The translations under genes and the position numbers were made by a program. Under the pieces are notes generated by a model. That model had not been told where the DNA came from, made no database searches, and was given only the letters and a program-made list of their open reading frames with translations. A stretch of DNA of 64,000 nucleotides from positions 41,280 to 105,279 of the forward strand of contig JAAXXG010000001.1 in the NCBI GenBank assembly GCA_013334575.1. The letters run 5' to 3'. Of this stretch, positions 28,385 through 39,380 are shown piece after piece (position 1 is the first letter of the stretch; the number at the start of each line of letters is the position of its first letter). The stretch is from Candidatus Moraniibacteriota bacterium. GTDB taxonomy: Bacteria; Patescibacteriota; Minisyncoccia; Moranbacterales; UBA1568.

Positions 28385-28843
28385 ATGTTAAAAAACATCA
28401 GAAAAGTTGCGTTCGCATTCATGCTGATCGCAACACCGGTAACTATCGGAGTTACAGCAAACGCTTCGGCACAGGTCGTACAGACCTACCAGGCGCCTGC
28501 TTCAGCATCGCTTACGGTGACGAAGCAGGGCGGGAATGCCATTGTCACCTGGAAGGGACTCGATGCTGATGTAGCTTTTGTCGAACACTACATCGGGAAC
28601 GGCAAGAAAGGGGGCTTCATAAAACCCATAAAGGTTCCCGCCGGCGCAAGCAGCGTGGTTCTCGCTGACATCGCCAAGAACGGCGGCCGCTTCAACCTGA
28701 AGATGGCGGACGGGACGTTCCTGCACCTGGAGTGCGGCGGAAACCCGGAAACCACCATGCCGAAGTTCGTCGGCTGTCACGTCGACTGCAGCTGGGTCGA
28801 TACCAGGACCGGACAGCCGGCTGGCGCTCTTGAAGTCGACTAA
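28385..28843 (+). CDS. Small secreted beta-rich hypothetical protein
   Basis: SD AGGAGG, signal peptide (ANASA), terminator CCCCGG..CCGGGG followed by a T-run at about 28865-28905. Confidence 0.7.
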   Translation: MLKNIRKVAFAFMLIATPVTIGVTANASAQVVQTYQAPASASLTVTKQGGNAIVTWKGLDADVAFVEHYIGNGKKGGFIKPIKVPAGASSVVLADIAKNGGRFNLKMADGTFLHLECGGNPETTMPKFVGCHVDCSWVDTRTGQPAGALEVD

Positions 28844-28950
28844 CGTCAGTCGACACATACTAAACAAGTCCCCGGTGTGACAAACTCCGGGGCTTGCTTT
28901 TTTTATAATTATGTAGTATTATATAAGGTCGGTTCGAGAAAAGTATCCGT

Positions 28951-30441
28951 ATGGAACAGGGCGTTTCCGTATCGAAGGCCAATCCGCTTCCGTCAACCGA
29001 GGGAGTCGCTTTCGCGTTTCTCACCGTCCTGCTGTCGGTTGACGCGATTGTGAATGCGTCGTTCGGGTTTTCACTCCCGGTCTTCCTTGCGACGATCGTC
29101 CCGTCAGTCATGCTTTCCTTCCTCTTTCCGCGAGCCGGTCTTGCGGCATCGGTCTCGGTGACGGTCCTCTTCGAACGGTTTTTCACCCTCGCGCCGATCG
29201 TCCTCGGTGAGGCGACCTACAAGCTCTATCCGTTGGACGTCGTCCTTCTGGCGTCGTACTCCGGAATGATCGCGACGGGCCTGCTTCATGAAGGGCGTCG
29301 CCTCCGTCCGCGAATGTCCGACCTGTTTCTCGTCGCGTTCTTCGTGCTCGTGACCGCGATTTTCCTTTCCGATGTCGCTACGCGTTCCGAGGGTATCGCG
29401 ACCGCGTTTTCCACATGGAAGAATTACGTTTTCTATGGATCGGCATATTTCGCCGTCGCCGCCGCGACCAGGTCGATACCCGATCTGCGAGCGGCTTCTC
29501 GGGTATTCGTCGGATCCGTCGCGGTAGCGCTTACTATCCTTGTCATCGGCATCGTACGGGGCGGCGGTCTCTGGACGGAATTCACGCCGCTTTCGACGTC
29601 GGGAACCAGGTTTCTGGCGTTTCCGCACGCGTTCTATTATTCGCTTGCGTTCCTTGTCGTCATGCTGGGGTATTCGGGATCCGATACGAAGGCATCGGAT
29701 CGGGATCCTCACGGCACCGATCTCGCGCTTCTCCTGTTTCTCGGACTCGGCATCGTCGCGTCGCTGATGCGGCACCTGTGGATCGGTCTCGGTATCACGC
29801 TCCTTTCGGTCGCGATCTTTCGCCTCGCAACGGATGGTCGAAGAATCGTCTCGCGTCTTTTCCGACTCGCGGTTCCGGCGGTCTTCGTCCTTTCCCTGGT
29901 CGCGCTTCTTTTATCGATAGCACCTTCCTTCGTCGGTGACGTCGATCTTTCCGATGCCGTTTCCGTCATCAGGGAACGGGTTATCTCGATCGGAAATACG
30001 ACCGATGAGAGTCTCGTGTGGCGGGACGAGGTCTGGCACAGCGCGATAGCCAGATTCGCGGAACGCCCGGTCTTCGGGCTCGGATTCGGAGCGAGCGTTC
30101 CGGTGGAGTTCGGTGACTATCGTCAGTATGTCGAGGTCCGGAACATGCACAATTCCTGGCTTGCGCTCCTTATACAGACGGGCATCGTCGGCGGCGTCAT
30201 TTTCGCATCCTTTCTCGGGTTTCTGTTCTTCGATCTCTTCCGTTCGGCCTCGCGTTCTTCCGTGTTCCTGTCGGCGGGAAGAATCCTGACCGCATTGGCT
30301 TTTTTCCAGGGGCTCGTCTTTTTCTCGCAACCGTATCTGGAAACCAATCTGCTCGGAATCTTCTTCTGGATCACTCTCGGCTTGATCCGTTCGCTGCCGG
30401 ATATGAAAGCCGGTCCCAGCAAAGGTGTGACGACGATCTGA
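28951..30441 (+). CDS. O-antigen ligase/Wzy-like polymerase family membrane protein
   Basis: About 12 TMs; SL.WR..W, P.FGLGFG and HNSWL..L...GIVG motifs. Confidence 0.85.
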   Translation: MEQGVSVSKANPLPSTEGVAFAFLTVLLSVDAIVNASFGFSLPVFLATIVPSVMLSFLFPRAGLAASVSVTVLFERFFTLAPIVLGEATYKLYPLDVVLLASYSGMIATGLLHEGRRLRPRMSDLFLVAFFVLVTAIFLSDVATRSEGIATAFSTWKNYVFYGSAYFAVAAATRSIPDLRAASRVFVGSVAVALTILVIGIVRGGGLWTEFTPLSTSGTRFLAFPHAFYYSLAFLVVMLGYSGSDTKASDRDPHGTDLALLLFLGLGIVASLMRHLWIGLGITLLSVAIFRLATDGRRIVSRLFRLAVPAVFVLSLVALLLSIAPSFVGDVDLSDAVSVIRERVISIGNTTDESLVWRDEVWHSAIARFAERPVFGLGFGASVPVEFGDYRQYVEVRNMHNSWLALLIQTGIVGGVIFASFLGFLFFDLFRSASRSSVFLSAGRILTALAFFQGLVFFSQPYLETNLLGIFFWITLGLIRSLPDMKAGPSKGVTTI

Positions 30442-30449
30442 CTCGACGT

Positions 30450-31673
30450 ATGCGTATTCTCGAAGTCAACAAGTTCTGCTACGGACGCCGCGGTGCCGAG
30501 CGGCATTTTCTCGATGTGATCGGCCTCTTGTCGCGAAACGGACACGACGTGGCCGTTTTCTCGATGCGTGATCCGCGGAATTGTCCGACGGGACACCCTG
30601 AATATCTCCTCAGCAGAGCCGGTTTCGCATCCGGTGATCATACCGGACCCCGGGAGTTCGCCAAAGGGATCGGCCGGCTATTCTGGTCCTTCGAGGGGCG
30701 ACGGCTCATGCGGCGGGCGCTCGAGGAATTCGATCCCGATATCGTCCATATCCACAACGCGTACCATCAGTTGTCCCCCTCGTTCTTTCCGGTCATTCGC
30801 TATCGGGGTATTCCGATCGTCCTGACGGTGCACGATTATCATATCGTCTCGCCGGACAAGGACGCCTATCATGATGAAGTCGGAACGGCGTACTGGAAAT
30901 ACCTGCGGATCGGACGGGATCCTCTTCCGAAGCGGATCCTGCTCGTGCTTCGAGCCTATGCCGACCGGTTGGCCGGATATTATACCCGCCATGTCGACGT
31001 CTTCATAGCTCCGAGCCGGTTCGTGGCGGATACGCTTATCCGTGCCGGAATCCCGGCGCGGAAGATCGTCATCGTACCGCATTTCGTTTCGGAAGAATTC
31101 CTGCCGGAGGCAGGTAGCCGCGTTCGGGCGGAGGTCGGTCCGTACGCCTTGTATGCCGGAGCCGTCGCGCCGGAGAAGGGGATCGGTAACCTCGTTTCGG
31201 TATTCGAAAAGCTCCGATATCCGCTTGTTCTTGCCGGCAGACGCACGATGGACATACCGTCGTCGAGGTATGTCAGGTATGCGGGTGACCTTACCCGCGA
31301 AGAACTCGGACCATTGATGAGCGGCGCATCCTTCGTCGTCAGCGCCTCGAGACTCAACGAGACGTTCGGACTGATCGCCCTTGAGGCGAACGCGGCCGGA
31401 AAGGCGTTCGTCGGTTATTCGGTCGGAGCCTTTCCGGAAATGATCGAGAACGGCGTGAACGGATGGCTTGCGGATACGGACAAGTCGTTCGAGCGATCGC
31501 TTGAAGGGCTGATTTCGGGACGAAAACGGTTGCCGGAAGCGGAGAGTCTCCGACGTCGTTCCCGCGAACGATACGGGGCTGATCGGTATCATCGTTCGCT
31601 GGAGTCCGTGTACCGCGACACGATAGCAAAAAAGCCGGCTCAGGACACGATGATCCGTCCGTCGAGCGCATGA
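30450..31673 (+). CDS. Glycosyltransferase family 4
   Basis: MRIL.VNKF...GAE, PDIVHIHN, TVHDY, EKG, ETFGLIALEA. Confidence 0.9.
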   Translation: MRILEVNKFCYGRRGAERHFLDVIGLLSRNGHDVAVFSMRDPRNCPTGHPEYLLSRAGFASGDHTGPREFAKGIGRLFWSFEGRRLMRRALEEFDPDIVHIHNAYHQLSPSFFPVIRYRGIPIVLTVHDYHIVSPDKDAYHDEVGTAYWKYLRIGRDPLPKRILLVLRAYADRLAGYYTRHVDVFIAPSRFVADTLIRAGIPARKIVIVPHFVSEEFLPEAGSRVRAEVGPYALYAGAVAPEKGIGNLVSVFEKLRYPLVLAGRRTMDIPSSRYVRYAGDLTREELGPLMSGASFVVSASRLNETFGLIALEANAAGKAFVGYSVGAFPEMIENGVNGWLADTDKSFERSLEGLISGRKRLPEAESLRRRSRERYGADRYHRSLESVYRDTIAKKPAQDTMIRPSSA

Positions 31674-33751
31674 GACAGCGATCCGTCCGGATAGACGGAG
31701 AGCGGATTGATGTCGAGTTCGGCGATCTGCGGAAAATCCTCGACGAGACGCGAAAGGCGAACTATACAATCGGTCAGGACGTCGAGATCGACCGCGCGTT
31801 CCCCGCGGATGCCGGAAAGGATCGGAAACGAGCGGAGTTCGGACAGCATTTCCTTGCCGTCCTCGTGCGTGACCGGAGCGAAGCGGGATGCGGCATCGCG
31901 GATCGCTTCCGTGTAGATCCCGCCCATCCCGACCAGGATCACCGTTCCGAGTCCGGGTTCGCGCTTCGCCCCGAGAATGATTTCCTTTCCTCCCGGTGAA
32001 GCCATCTCCATGACGGTCACCCCGTCGAGATGCGCGTTGGGCCGATGCGAACGGACGCGTGCCATGAGGCGACCGAATTCGGAGGCGACGTCCTCCGGCG
32101 GCACGTCGAGCGAGACGCCGCCGACATCGGTCTTATGCGATATATCCGACGACGAGATCTTGAGCGCGACGGAACGTCCGAACGTGCGCGCGATCGAGGC
32201 TGCTTGTGACGGCTCGGTCGCGAGTTCCGAACGGAGGAGCGGAAAGCCGTATGCGCCGAGAACTTCGAAGACTTCGGACTGGGTCAATGCGTAGCGGGAT
32301 TCCCGTGCGACCGCGCGGAACACGGATTCCGCGCGCGAGGTATCGATGTTCCCGAGGCGTCGTTTGCCCGAGACGTGTCGGAGATGCCAGGCGCCGGCCT
32401 GCGCAAGGTGCCCCAGTGTCCTCGTGGCGTCCTCGGGGTAGGTGAATACGGTGACGCCGCCCTCCCGAAGAACGGTGACGCCTTGTTCGACGGCGCGTCC
32501 GCCGGCAAAGACAGCGATGACGGGTTTCCCGGAGAGCCGTTTCGTCCTGACGATCTCGTGTGCGGTCTCTTCGGCCTCCGTCATGGATTGAGGGGTGAGT
32601 ATGACGAGAATCGCATCGATTCCATCGTCTTTTCCGACGACGTCCAGCGCGATGCGATACCGATCGCTCCTCGCGTCTCCGAGCAGGTCGATCGGATTGC
32701 CGACACTCGCGGCGGACGGAAGATGCGGACGGAGCGATGCGGCCGATCGTTCGGAAAGCGGAAGGATATCGAGTCCTGCGCGGGTGGCGGCATCGGCCGC
32801 GACGACGCCGAGTCCTCCGGCATTCGTGACGATGGCGACGCGACGACCGGGCGGGAGTGGGTTCTCGGAGAACGCCGCCGCCGTATCGATAAAATCCCTG
32901 ATGCTCTCCGCACGGATGACGTGAGCCTGGCGGAACAGGGCATCATACGATGAGTCGGAGCCCGCAAGCGATCCGGTATGGGAGCCGGAGGCGCGCTTTC
33001 CGGACTCGGTCTGTCCCGACTTGAGAACGATGATCGGTTTCGGTTCGCGCTTCGCGAGCGTCGCGCGACCGAGCGTCACGAACGACGCCGCATCGGAAAG
33101 GTCCTCCGAATACATCGCGATAACCCGCGTGTCCGGGTCTTCCGAAAGGTATTTGATAAGGGTCTTCTCGTCCAATACCGTCTTGTTCCCGGTACTCACG
33201 AATTTGGAGAAGCCGACCCGCCCGTCAGTCAGGTCGAGAATCGCGGTCATGAGCGCCCCGCTCTGCGAAAGAAGCCCGATGGAACCGCGTTTCGGCAGCC
33301 GGGATGCGAAGGAGGCGTTCAGACCGATCGCCGGATGCAGGAATCCGAGACAGTTCGGGCCGAGAAGGGCTATGCCGGATTCTTTGGCGATATCCGCGAT
33401 TTCACGCTCGAGAGCGAGACCGTCCGGGCCGGTCTCCCGGAAACCGGCGGAGACGACGACCGCGGCAGGTGAACCGATATCCGCCGACTGCCGAAGTATT
33501 TCCGGAACCGATGCCGCGGGCACCGCGATGATGACGAGGTCGGGTACGGCCTTCAGGGAGGCGAGATCGGGATGGCAGCGGACCCCGTAGAGTTCGTCGG
33601 CATTCGGGTTCACGAGGAAGACCTTTCCCGGGTACCCCCCGTAGACGAGATTCTTTGCTATGTCGTTGCCGACGCTGCCGATGCGGGCGGATGCACCGAC
33701 GAGGGCGACGGACTTCGGGGAGAAGAGGGAATCCAAGGGGGAGCGTTTCAT
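31640..33751 (-). CDS. Acetate--CoA ligase (ADP-forming), fused alpha/beta
   Basis: PKSVALVGAS, GPNCLG, SQSGA, SHTGSLAG (phospho-His), NPIDLLGDA, HKTDVGGV, ELDINPL. Confidence 0.92.
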   Translation of the reverse strand: MKRSPLDSLFSPKSVALVGASARIGSVGNDIAKNLVYGGYPGKVFLVNPNADELYGVRCHPDLASLKAVPDLVIIAVPAASVPEILRQSADIGSPAAVVVSAGFRETGPDGLALEREIADIAKESGIALLGPNCLGFLHPAIGLNASFASRLPKRGSIGLLSQSGALMTAILDLTDGRVGFSKFVSTGNKTVLDEKTLIKYLSEDPDTRVIAMYSEDLSDAASFVTLGRATLAKREPKPIIVLKSGQTESGKRASGSHTGSLAGSDSSYDALFRQAHVIRAESIRDFIDTAAAFSENPLPPGRRVAIVTNAGGLGVVAADAATRAGLDILPLSERSAASLRPHLPSAASVGNPIDLLGDARSDRYRIALDVVGKDDGIDAILVILTPQSMTEAEETAHEIVRTKRLSGKPVIAVFAGGRAVEQGVTVLREGGVTVFTYPEDATRTLGHLAQAGAWHLRHVSGKRRLGNIDTSRAESVFRAVARESRYALTQSEVFEVLGAYGFPLLRSELATEPSQAASIARTFGRSVALKISSSDISHKTDVGGVSLDVPPEDVASEFGRLMARVRSHRPNAHLDGVTVMEMASPGGKEIILGAKREPGLGTVILVGMGGIYTEAIRDAASRFAPVTHEDGKEMLSELRSFPILSGIRGERAVDLDVLTDCIVRLSRLVEDFPQIAELDINPLSVYPDGSLSHALDGRIIVS

Positions 33752-33850
33752 ATCGGTGTCTCTTTGCCCCCATTGTACGGGAATGGCGTCTTATTGACAA
33801 AAAATGGCTTCCTTGATATCATAGCCCGTTAATCATTGAGCGGGTGACGT

Positions 33851-34792
33851 ATGACTTTTCATGGGCGTTTTCACGTAAAATACGCCATTCTGGCGGTCGT
33901 TCTGGCGATGATCGTCCTGGTTCCGGCTGTCGTTTTCGGAAGTTCGCGAACCATTCATGTGGACGATGACGCCGATGGGACGCAGGACGGTTCGTACTCG
34001 CATCCGTATCGGAAGATCGGCGACGCGCTGAAGCATGCCGAAGAGGGTGACGAGGTATACGTCCATAACGGGACGTACGACGAGAACGTCACCATTCCGA
34101 AGGGCGTGAAGGTGAAAGGTAATTACAAGGATCGGAGCAAGGTCGTCATCGACGGGGACAAGGATGAGCCGACCGTGTCCATGAAGCACGAATCGGAATT
34201 GAGTTTCGTTACGGTGAAGGACGGACGTCATGGCATATCGGTCCGTGAGGACGCGAAAGCGAAGCTGTTCGACGTCGTCGTAAAGGGGGCGGAGCGTGAC
34301 GGCATACATGCCTATTCCGCACCCCGCGAGAAGAACCGCCGTCTGTACGCGGAAAAGGTGGAGGTAAGAGGGAGCGGTAAGGCCGGTATCTTTTCCGAGA
34401 AGCGTTACGTGGTGCTCGTCAACTGCGATATTCATGACAATGCGAACGACGGGATCGACTTCCTTGCCGGCACGAAGGCGTGGCTCGAGGACGTCCGTTC
34501 GAACGATAACCGCGGCAGCGGATGGAAGCTCGTGCTTGATGGTGCCGAAATCTGGACGAAGAACGATCAGTTCCGGCGGAACGGACGCGAGGGGGTGCTG
34601 GTGGAAAGCTTCGGAGCGGCCGGAAAGTTCGGACTGAAGCAGTCGAAAACCGTCGAAAACAAGCGATGGGGAGTCGCGCTCGTCGCGCGCGGCGCGGCCG
34701 CATCCGGCATGTGGAAGAACGTCTTCCTGGAGAAGGACTCGTCCTGGGGAAACGGCTTCGGTGACGTTTCGAGCGTGATCGTCACGCGATAG
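33851..34792 (+). CDS. Secreted right-handed parallel beta-helix protein (DUF1565-like N-terminus)
   Basis: VD.....DGS...PY..I..AL, V..GTY.E and repeated N...GI coils. Confidence 0.8.
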   Translation: MTFHGRFHVKYAILAVVLAMIVLVPAVVFGSSRTIHVDDDADGTQDGSYSHPYRKIGDALKHAEEGDEVYVHNGTYDENVTIPKGVKVKGNYKDRSKVVIDGDKDEPTVSMKHESELSFVTVKDGRHGISVREDAKAKLFDVVVKGAERDGIHAYSAPREKNRRLYAEKVEVRGSGKAGIFSEKRYVVLVNCDIHDNANDGIDFLAGTKAWLEDVRSNDNRGSGWKLVLDGAEIWTKNDQFRRNGREGVLVESFGAAGKFGLKQSKTVENKRWGVALVARGAAASGMWKNVFLEKDSSWGNGFGDVSSVIVTR

Positions 34793-34823
34793 GTTTCGTG
34801 CCCGAGAAAGATAAGCGGAGGAC

Positions 34824-35972
34824 ATGAAGATCGCATTCATCGGACAGAAGGGGATTCCGGCGAAGTCCGGCGGGGTAGAGACCCACGTCGGACATCTTGC
34901 CGCGCGTCTCGCCGCAGCCGGTCACGAGGTGACCGTTTACGCGCGGTCGAACTATACCGACAAGACGCTGCGCTCATGGCGCGGCGTCCGGATCGTCACG
35001 CTTCCCAGCATTCCGACGAAGCATCTTGATGCCATCTCGCACACGGCGTTCGCGACGATACACGCTCTCTTCCGCCGATACGACGTGATCCATTATCAGT
35101 CGATCGGACCGAGCACGCTCGCCATCATACCGCGGATCCTTCTCCGTCGGACCGCCGTTATCTCGACCTTCCATAGTCGGGACTATTTCCACGGAAAGTG
35201 GGGGGTCGTCGCGAAGGCGTTCCTGCGTTTCGCCGAGCGATGCGCCTGCCGCTTTCCGCATCGGACGATAGCCGTTTCCAAGGGCATGTCCGAATACGCG
35301 CAAAAACGGTACGGAAGAGAGATCCCGTATGTTCCGAACGGGGCCGAGGCGATACGACCGGACTCGGATGCGTTCCTGACCGGGTTCGGACTCCGCGAGA
35401 AGCGGTATGTCCTCGCCGTTTCACGCCTCGTGGCACATAAGGGAATCCATCATCTTATCCGAGCTTTTCTGGAGCTCGAGGATACCGGACGGTTGCCGAA
35501 CAATTTCCGACTCGCGATCGTCGGAGCGAATGCGGGAACGCCGGGATACGAGCGTCATCTGCGGAAGATGTCCGAAGGACGTGAAAGCGTCCTGTTTCTC
35601 GGGGAGCAGACCGGTGAGGCGCTTGCCGAACTCTTCGCGAATGCGGCCATGTTCGTGCAGCCTTCGGAGGACGAGGGACTTTCCATCGCGCTGCTTGAAG
35701 CCATGAGCTACCGGCTCCCGATAGTCGCTACCAATATAACCGGAAACGAGGAAGCCTTGTCCGATTCCGGCATGTACTGCGAACCGAAGGACGTGGAATC
35801 CCTGAAAGGGGCGCTCGCCAGGATGCTGAGTCGTCCGGATCTCATGAAGGAATACGGGGAACGTGCCGGCAGGCGGGCATCCGAGGAATATGGCTGGGAC
35901 GCCATAGCCCGGAGGACGATGTCGTTGTATTCGGAAACGCTCGCTTCGATCGGACGCGTTGAAACGGAATAA
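34824..35972 (+). CDS. Glycosyltransferase family 4
   Basis: MKIAFIGQKGIPA..GGVE, PNG, SRL..HKG, PS..EGLSIALLEAMS. Confidence 0.92.
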   Translation: MKIAFIGQKGIPAKSGGVETHVGHLAARLAAAGHEVTVYARSNYTDKTLRSWRGVRIVTLPSIPTKHLDAISHTAFATIHALFRRYDVIHYQSIGPSTLAIIPRILLRRTAVISTFHSRDYFHGKWGVVAKAFLRFAERCACRFPHRTIAVSKGMSEYAQKRYGREIPYVPNGAEAIRPDSDAFLTGFGLREKRYVLAVSRLVAHKGIHHLIRAFLELEDTGRLPNNFRLAIVGANAGTPGYERHLRKMSEGRESVLFLGEQTGEALAELFANAAMFVQPSEDEGLSIALLEAMSYRLPIVATNITGNEEALSDSGMYCEPKDVESLKGALARMLSRPDLMKEYGERAGRRASEEYGWDAIARRTMSLYSETLASIGRVETE

Positions 35973-35991
35973 TTCGCTTTCTCGAACTGAC

Positions 35992-37143
35992 ATGGAACGG
36001 AAGGGACGATTCGAAAAGGGAAACGGCAGACGGAACCCGTACATCGTGACGGGATTCGTCGCCGCGGTCGTGATGTTCGGCATGGCGGCCGGAATGTCCT
36101 GGGGGTATCGTGCCGACGTCCCCGTTCTCGCGATCGCAAAGAAGGATTCCGGGACCGATGCGGGCCGTCTTGCCGATGCGCTCGAGTATCTCTCGGAGAC
36201 CTCCCGTTTCCGGAATGCTTTCCTGGAGGAGGTTGACGGATTATCCGTACGCATGGGAGAGGAACCGGTTTCGGACCTTTCCGGCTCCGAACGCCGAAAA
36301 CTCGCCGATTCGATACTCTCCGTTTCGCATACCGGCGAGCACGTGACGGTGACCGGCTATGCCGACGATCCCGAAGCCGCGCGCGACATCGCGCGGACCG
36401 GCGCGCTGTCGCTGTTCCGGTATGCCGCAAAGTACTATGATGTGGATACGGAAGCGGACTTCCGTATCGTCGACGAACCGTCCGTGTCTTCGAGACTTCC
36501 GAACGCGTGGATCCTCCTGCTCGGCAGCGCGATACTCGGAACGCTTCTGACGGCGCTGCTCTTTTCGGTCGTTCCGAAGATCCGCACCGCTTCACGACGG
36601 ACCCCGATCATCTCGATGCCTTTCAACTCGGACATTTTCATGCCGAAACGTCCGGTGTCACCGATATTGACCGGAGATATCGACGGGATCGGCGAATCGG
36701 TTCCGACGGAATCGGGGAAAGAAGAGGCGGCATCCGACAAGTTCTTCGAGCCTGAGCCGGTCCGAAAGGATGCGGGAACCGAAGCGGCACGGTCGACATC
36801 GAAAAAGGCGCCCGCTCCTACCGATATTCCCGTCGCGATGTCCGAAGAGGAACGGAGGTTTCTTGAAGAGTTCAGTTTCGAACAGCCTGCCGGTGCCGAC
36901 CGCGACGAAACGATCGTATCCGAAGCGGAACCGCAGTCGGTATCGGAGGCCGACTCGGAGACGGTCGCAATGATCGATACCGAAAAGGAATCTTCGGTCG
37001 TCGCCGCGCCGACCCGGCCTCAGACCGGTGAAGAGTCCATCAGGAAGTCCGGAGCGGTCGGAATTAGGGATTCCGGCGAACCGCATCCCGTCCCGAGCCG
37101 GGAGGAATACCTGAAACGTCTCAACGAGCTGCTTCGCGGGTAG
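35992..37143 (+). CDS. Divergent Wzz-like two-TM protein with long acidic disordered C-terminus
   Basis: Two TMs around an external domain; acidic Pro-rich tail ending EEYLKRLNELLRG. Confidence 0.55.
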   Translation: MERKGRFEKGNGRRNPYIVTGFVAAVVMFGMAAGMSWGYRADVPVLAIAKKDSGTDAGRLADALEYLSETSRFRNAFLEEVDGLSVRMGEEPVSDLSGSERRKLADSILSVSHTGEHVTVTGYADDPEAARDIARTGALSLFRYAAKYYDVDTEADFRIVDEPSVSSRLPNAWILLLGSAILGTLLTALLFSVVPKIRTASRRTPIISMPFNSDIFMPKRPVSPILTGDIDGIGESVPTESGKEEAASDKFFEPEPVRKDAGTEAARSTSKKAPAPTDIPVAMSEEERRFLEEFSFEQPAGADRDETIVSEAEPQSVSEADSETVAMIDTEKESSVVAAPTRPQTGEESIRKSGAVGIRDSGEPHPVPSREEYLKRLNELLRG

Positions 37144-37177
37144 GGAGGTCATAAGCGGACCGATATCGAGAGATATT

Positions 37178-38572
37178 ATGGGAACCGACGAAATGGAAAG
37201 CAGGCGGAAAGGCGGATACGCCGGTGTCGTCATCGCGGTCATATCCGCGCTGTTTTTGGTCGGATGGTTCGGATATTGGCAGTTCAGGAATCGCGGGCTT
37301 ACCGCGGTAGGAGATCTCGCCTCTTCGCTTCCGATTTCGACGGTCACACGGAACGAGACGCAGGCCTTCGCGCTTCTTGCGGATTCGGTTCTGCGAACCG
37401 ACGGACGGGATCGGACGTATCTTATCCTGTTTCAGAACAGTCTCGAGCTCCGTCCGGGAGGGGGTTTCATAGGCTCCTTCGGCATTCTTAAGGTGAAGGA
37501 CGGACACGTGACGGAGTTTACGACGCACGATACCGGGAATTTTGACGGACGTATTCCCGATACGGTGACGCCTCCGTATCCCATGAAGGAAACCCTCAAG
37601 ATCGCCTCGTGGAAACTCCGCGACTCGAACTGGGAGCCTGACTTTCCGACGAACGCGAGGAAGGCGGTGGAATTCTACGAGATGGGAGGAGGCGGTGAAA
37701 AGTTCGACGGGGTCGTCGGCATCACGACCGACGTGCTTTCGTCGTTTCTTTCCGTCACGGGTCCGGTCGAGGTTCCGGGATTTCCCGGGACATATGCCGC
37801 CGACAACGCCGTCGTCGATCTCGAACGGCAGGTCGAACAGTCGTACGCCGAACAAGGTATCGATTTCGGTGAACGGAAATCGGTACTCGCGCTTCTCGGA
37901 CGGGAAATCATCGCCAAGGTGAAGTCACTGCCCGCAGGAGACAGACTCCGCCTGTTCGGCGTCCTCCGTGATGACCTGAATCGCAAGGATATCCAGCTTT
38001 ACTTCTCCGACGAGACTCTCGAGAACGCGGTGATATCGTCCGGATGGGACGGTGGATTCGAGGGGAATCGGTCGGACGATTTTCTGATGATGGTCGATGC
38101 CAACCTTGGGGCATGGAAAACGGATTCCGTCATCCGGCGTTCGGCGTCGTACGTGGTCGATCTTTCCCGTGAGACACCGAGGGCGACCCTTTCCGTTACG
38201 TACGAACACACCGGGAATGAGAAGACCTTCATGGTGAAGGATTATCAGAGTTATCTCCGCGTCTATGTCCCTTCCGGAAGCCATTTCGATACGGTGACAG
38301 GCGGTGCGACCGACCCCGTCTACGGTGAATTCATGGGGAAAAAGTATGTCGGAACGATCGTTCAGGTTCCGATCGGGCAAAAAAGGACCGTACAATTCGA
38401 ATACGACCTTCCCGCCGATCTCGAACGCGAGTACTACGATCTTATGATTCAGCGACAGGCAGGGGCCGGCGATGCGCCGATAGCGATTACGGTTATCGGC
38501 AAGGACGGCTCTAAGATAGAACGGAACGCCACGCTCGACAGGGATTTCGTACTGAGCGAAGCGGGTGGATAG
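37178..38572 (+). CDS. DUF4012 domain protein
   Basis: YLILFQN..ELRP.GGFIGS, RDSNW.PDFP and DANL...K motifs. Confidence 0.85.
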   Translation: MGTDEMESRRKGGYAGVVIAVISALFLVGWFGYWQFRNRGLTAVGDLASSLPISTVTRNETQAFALLADSVLRTDGRDRTYLILFQNSLELRPGGGFIGSFGILKVKDGHVTEFTTHDTGNFDGRIPDTVTPPYPMKETLKIASWKLRDSNWEPDFPTNARKAVEFYEMGGGGEKFDGVVGITTDVLSSFLSVTGPVEVPGFPGTYAADNAVVDLERQVEQSYAEQGIDFGERKSVLALLGREIIAKVKSLPAGDRLRLFGVLRDDLNRKDIQLYFSDETLENAVISSGWDGGFEGNRSDDFLMMVDANLGAWKTDSVIRRSASYVVDLSRETPRATLSVTYEHTGNEKTFMVKDYQSYLRVYVPSGSHFDTVTGGATDPVYGEFMGKKYVGTIVQVPIGQKRTVQFEYDLPADLEREYYDLMIQRQAGAGDAPIAITVIGKDGSKIERNATLDRDFVLSEAGG

Positions 38573-38687
38573 GTCTTATCGGATCTTCGGAACGACTCGG
38601 ACCCGGTTTCTCGCCCACGAGAGACGGGTCCCGTTTGTTTCAGTCTTCCGTTCATGACGGATACGGGGTATGATATATCGTACCGAT

Positions 38688-39380
38688 ATGAGTATGCGTT
38701 TCGATTTCGTCTCCATCTTTCCCGAGTGCTTCGATTCCTATCTCGGGGTATCCATGATGAACCGGGCACGCCAGGACGGGCTCGTCTCGTTCCGTTTCGC
38801 CGATCCGCGCAAGTACGCTACCGATAAACATCATACGGTCGATGATTCTCCGTACGGCGGCGGGGCGGGCATGGTAATGAAGCCGGAGCCGCTCTTCGCC
38901 TGTGTCGAGGACCTGCTCTCGGAAGGGGAGGCGTCGCGCGATCGGACCAGGATCATTCTCTTTTCGGCGAAAGGAAGACCCTTCGTACAGGACGATGCCA
39001 GACGGCTCGTAGGGTCTTACGATCGACTCATCCTTATAGCCGGACGCTACGAGGGGGTGGACGAACGCGTCCACGAACATCTTGTCGACGAGGAGCTTTC
39101 GATCGGCGAATACGTACTCACCGGCGGAGAACTTCCGGCGATGGTCGTCGCCGACGCGGTTACCCGACTCATTCCCGGCGTACTCGGCAACGCCGAGAGC
39201 GCCGAGACCGAATCGCATTCCGAAGAGGGTGTCCTCGAACATCCGCAGTATACGAAGCCGGAGGAATTCAGAGGATGGCGGGTGCCGGATGTCCTGCTCT
39301 CCGGCCATCACGAAGAGATTCGGAAATGGCGCGAGCGGATGTCGTCACGCCGTGCCGGAACCGATATCGAAACGGTATGA
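38688..39380 (+). CDS. trmD: tRNA (guanine-N1)-methyltransferase
   Basis: [45 protein letters not shown]. Confidence 0.97.
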   Translation: MSMRFDFVSIFPECFDSYLGVSMMNRARQDGLVSFRFADPRKYATDKHHTVDDSPYGGGAGMVMKPEPLFACVEDLLSEGEASRDRTRIILFSAKGRPFVQDDARRLVGSYDRLILIAGRYEGVDERVHEHLVDEELSIGEYVLTGGELPAMVVADAVTRLIPGVLGNAESAETESHSEEGVLEHPQYTKPEEFRGWRVPDVLLSGHHEEIRKWRERMSSRRAGTDIETV

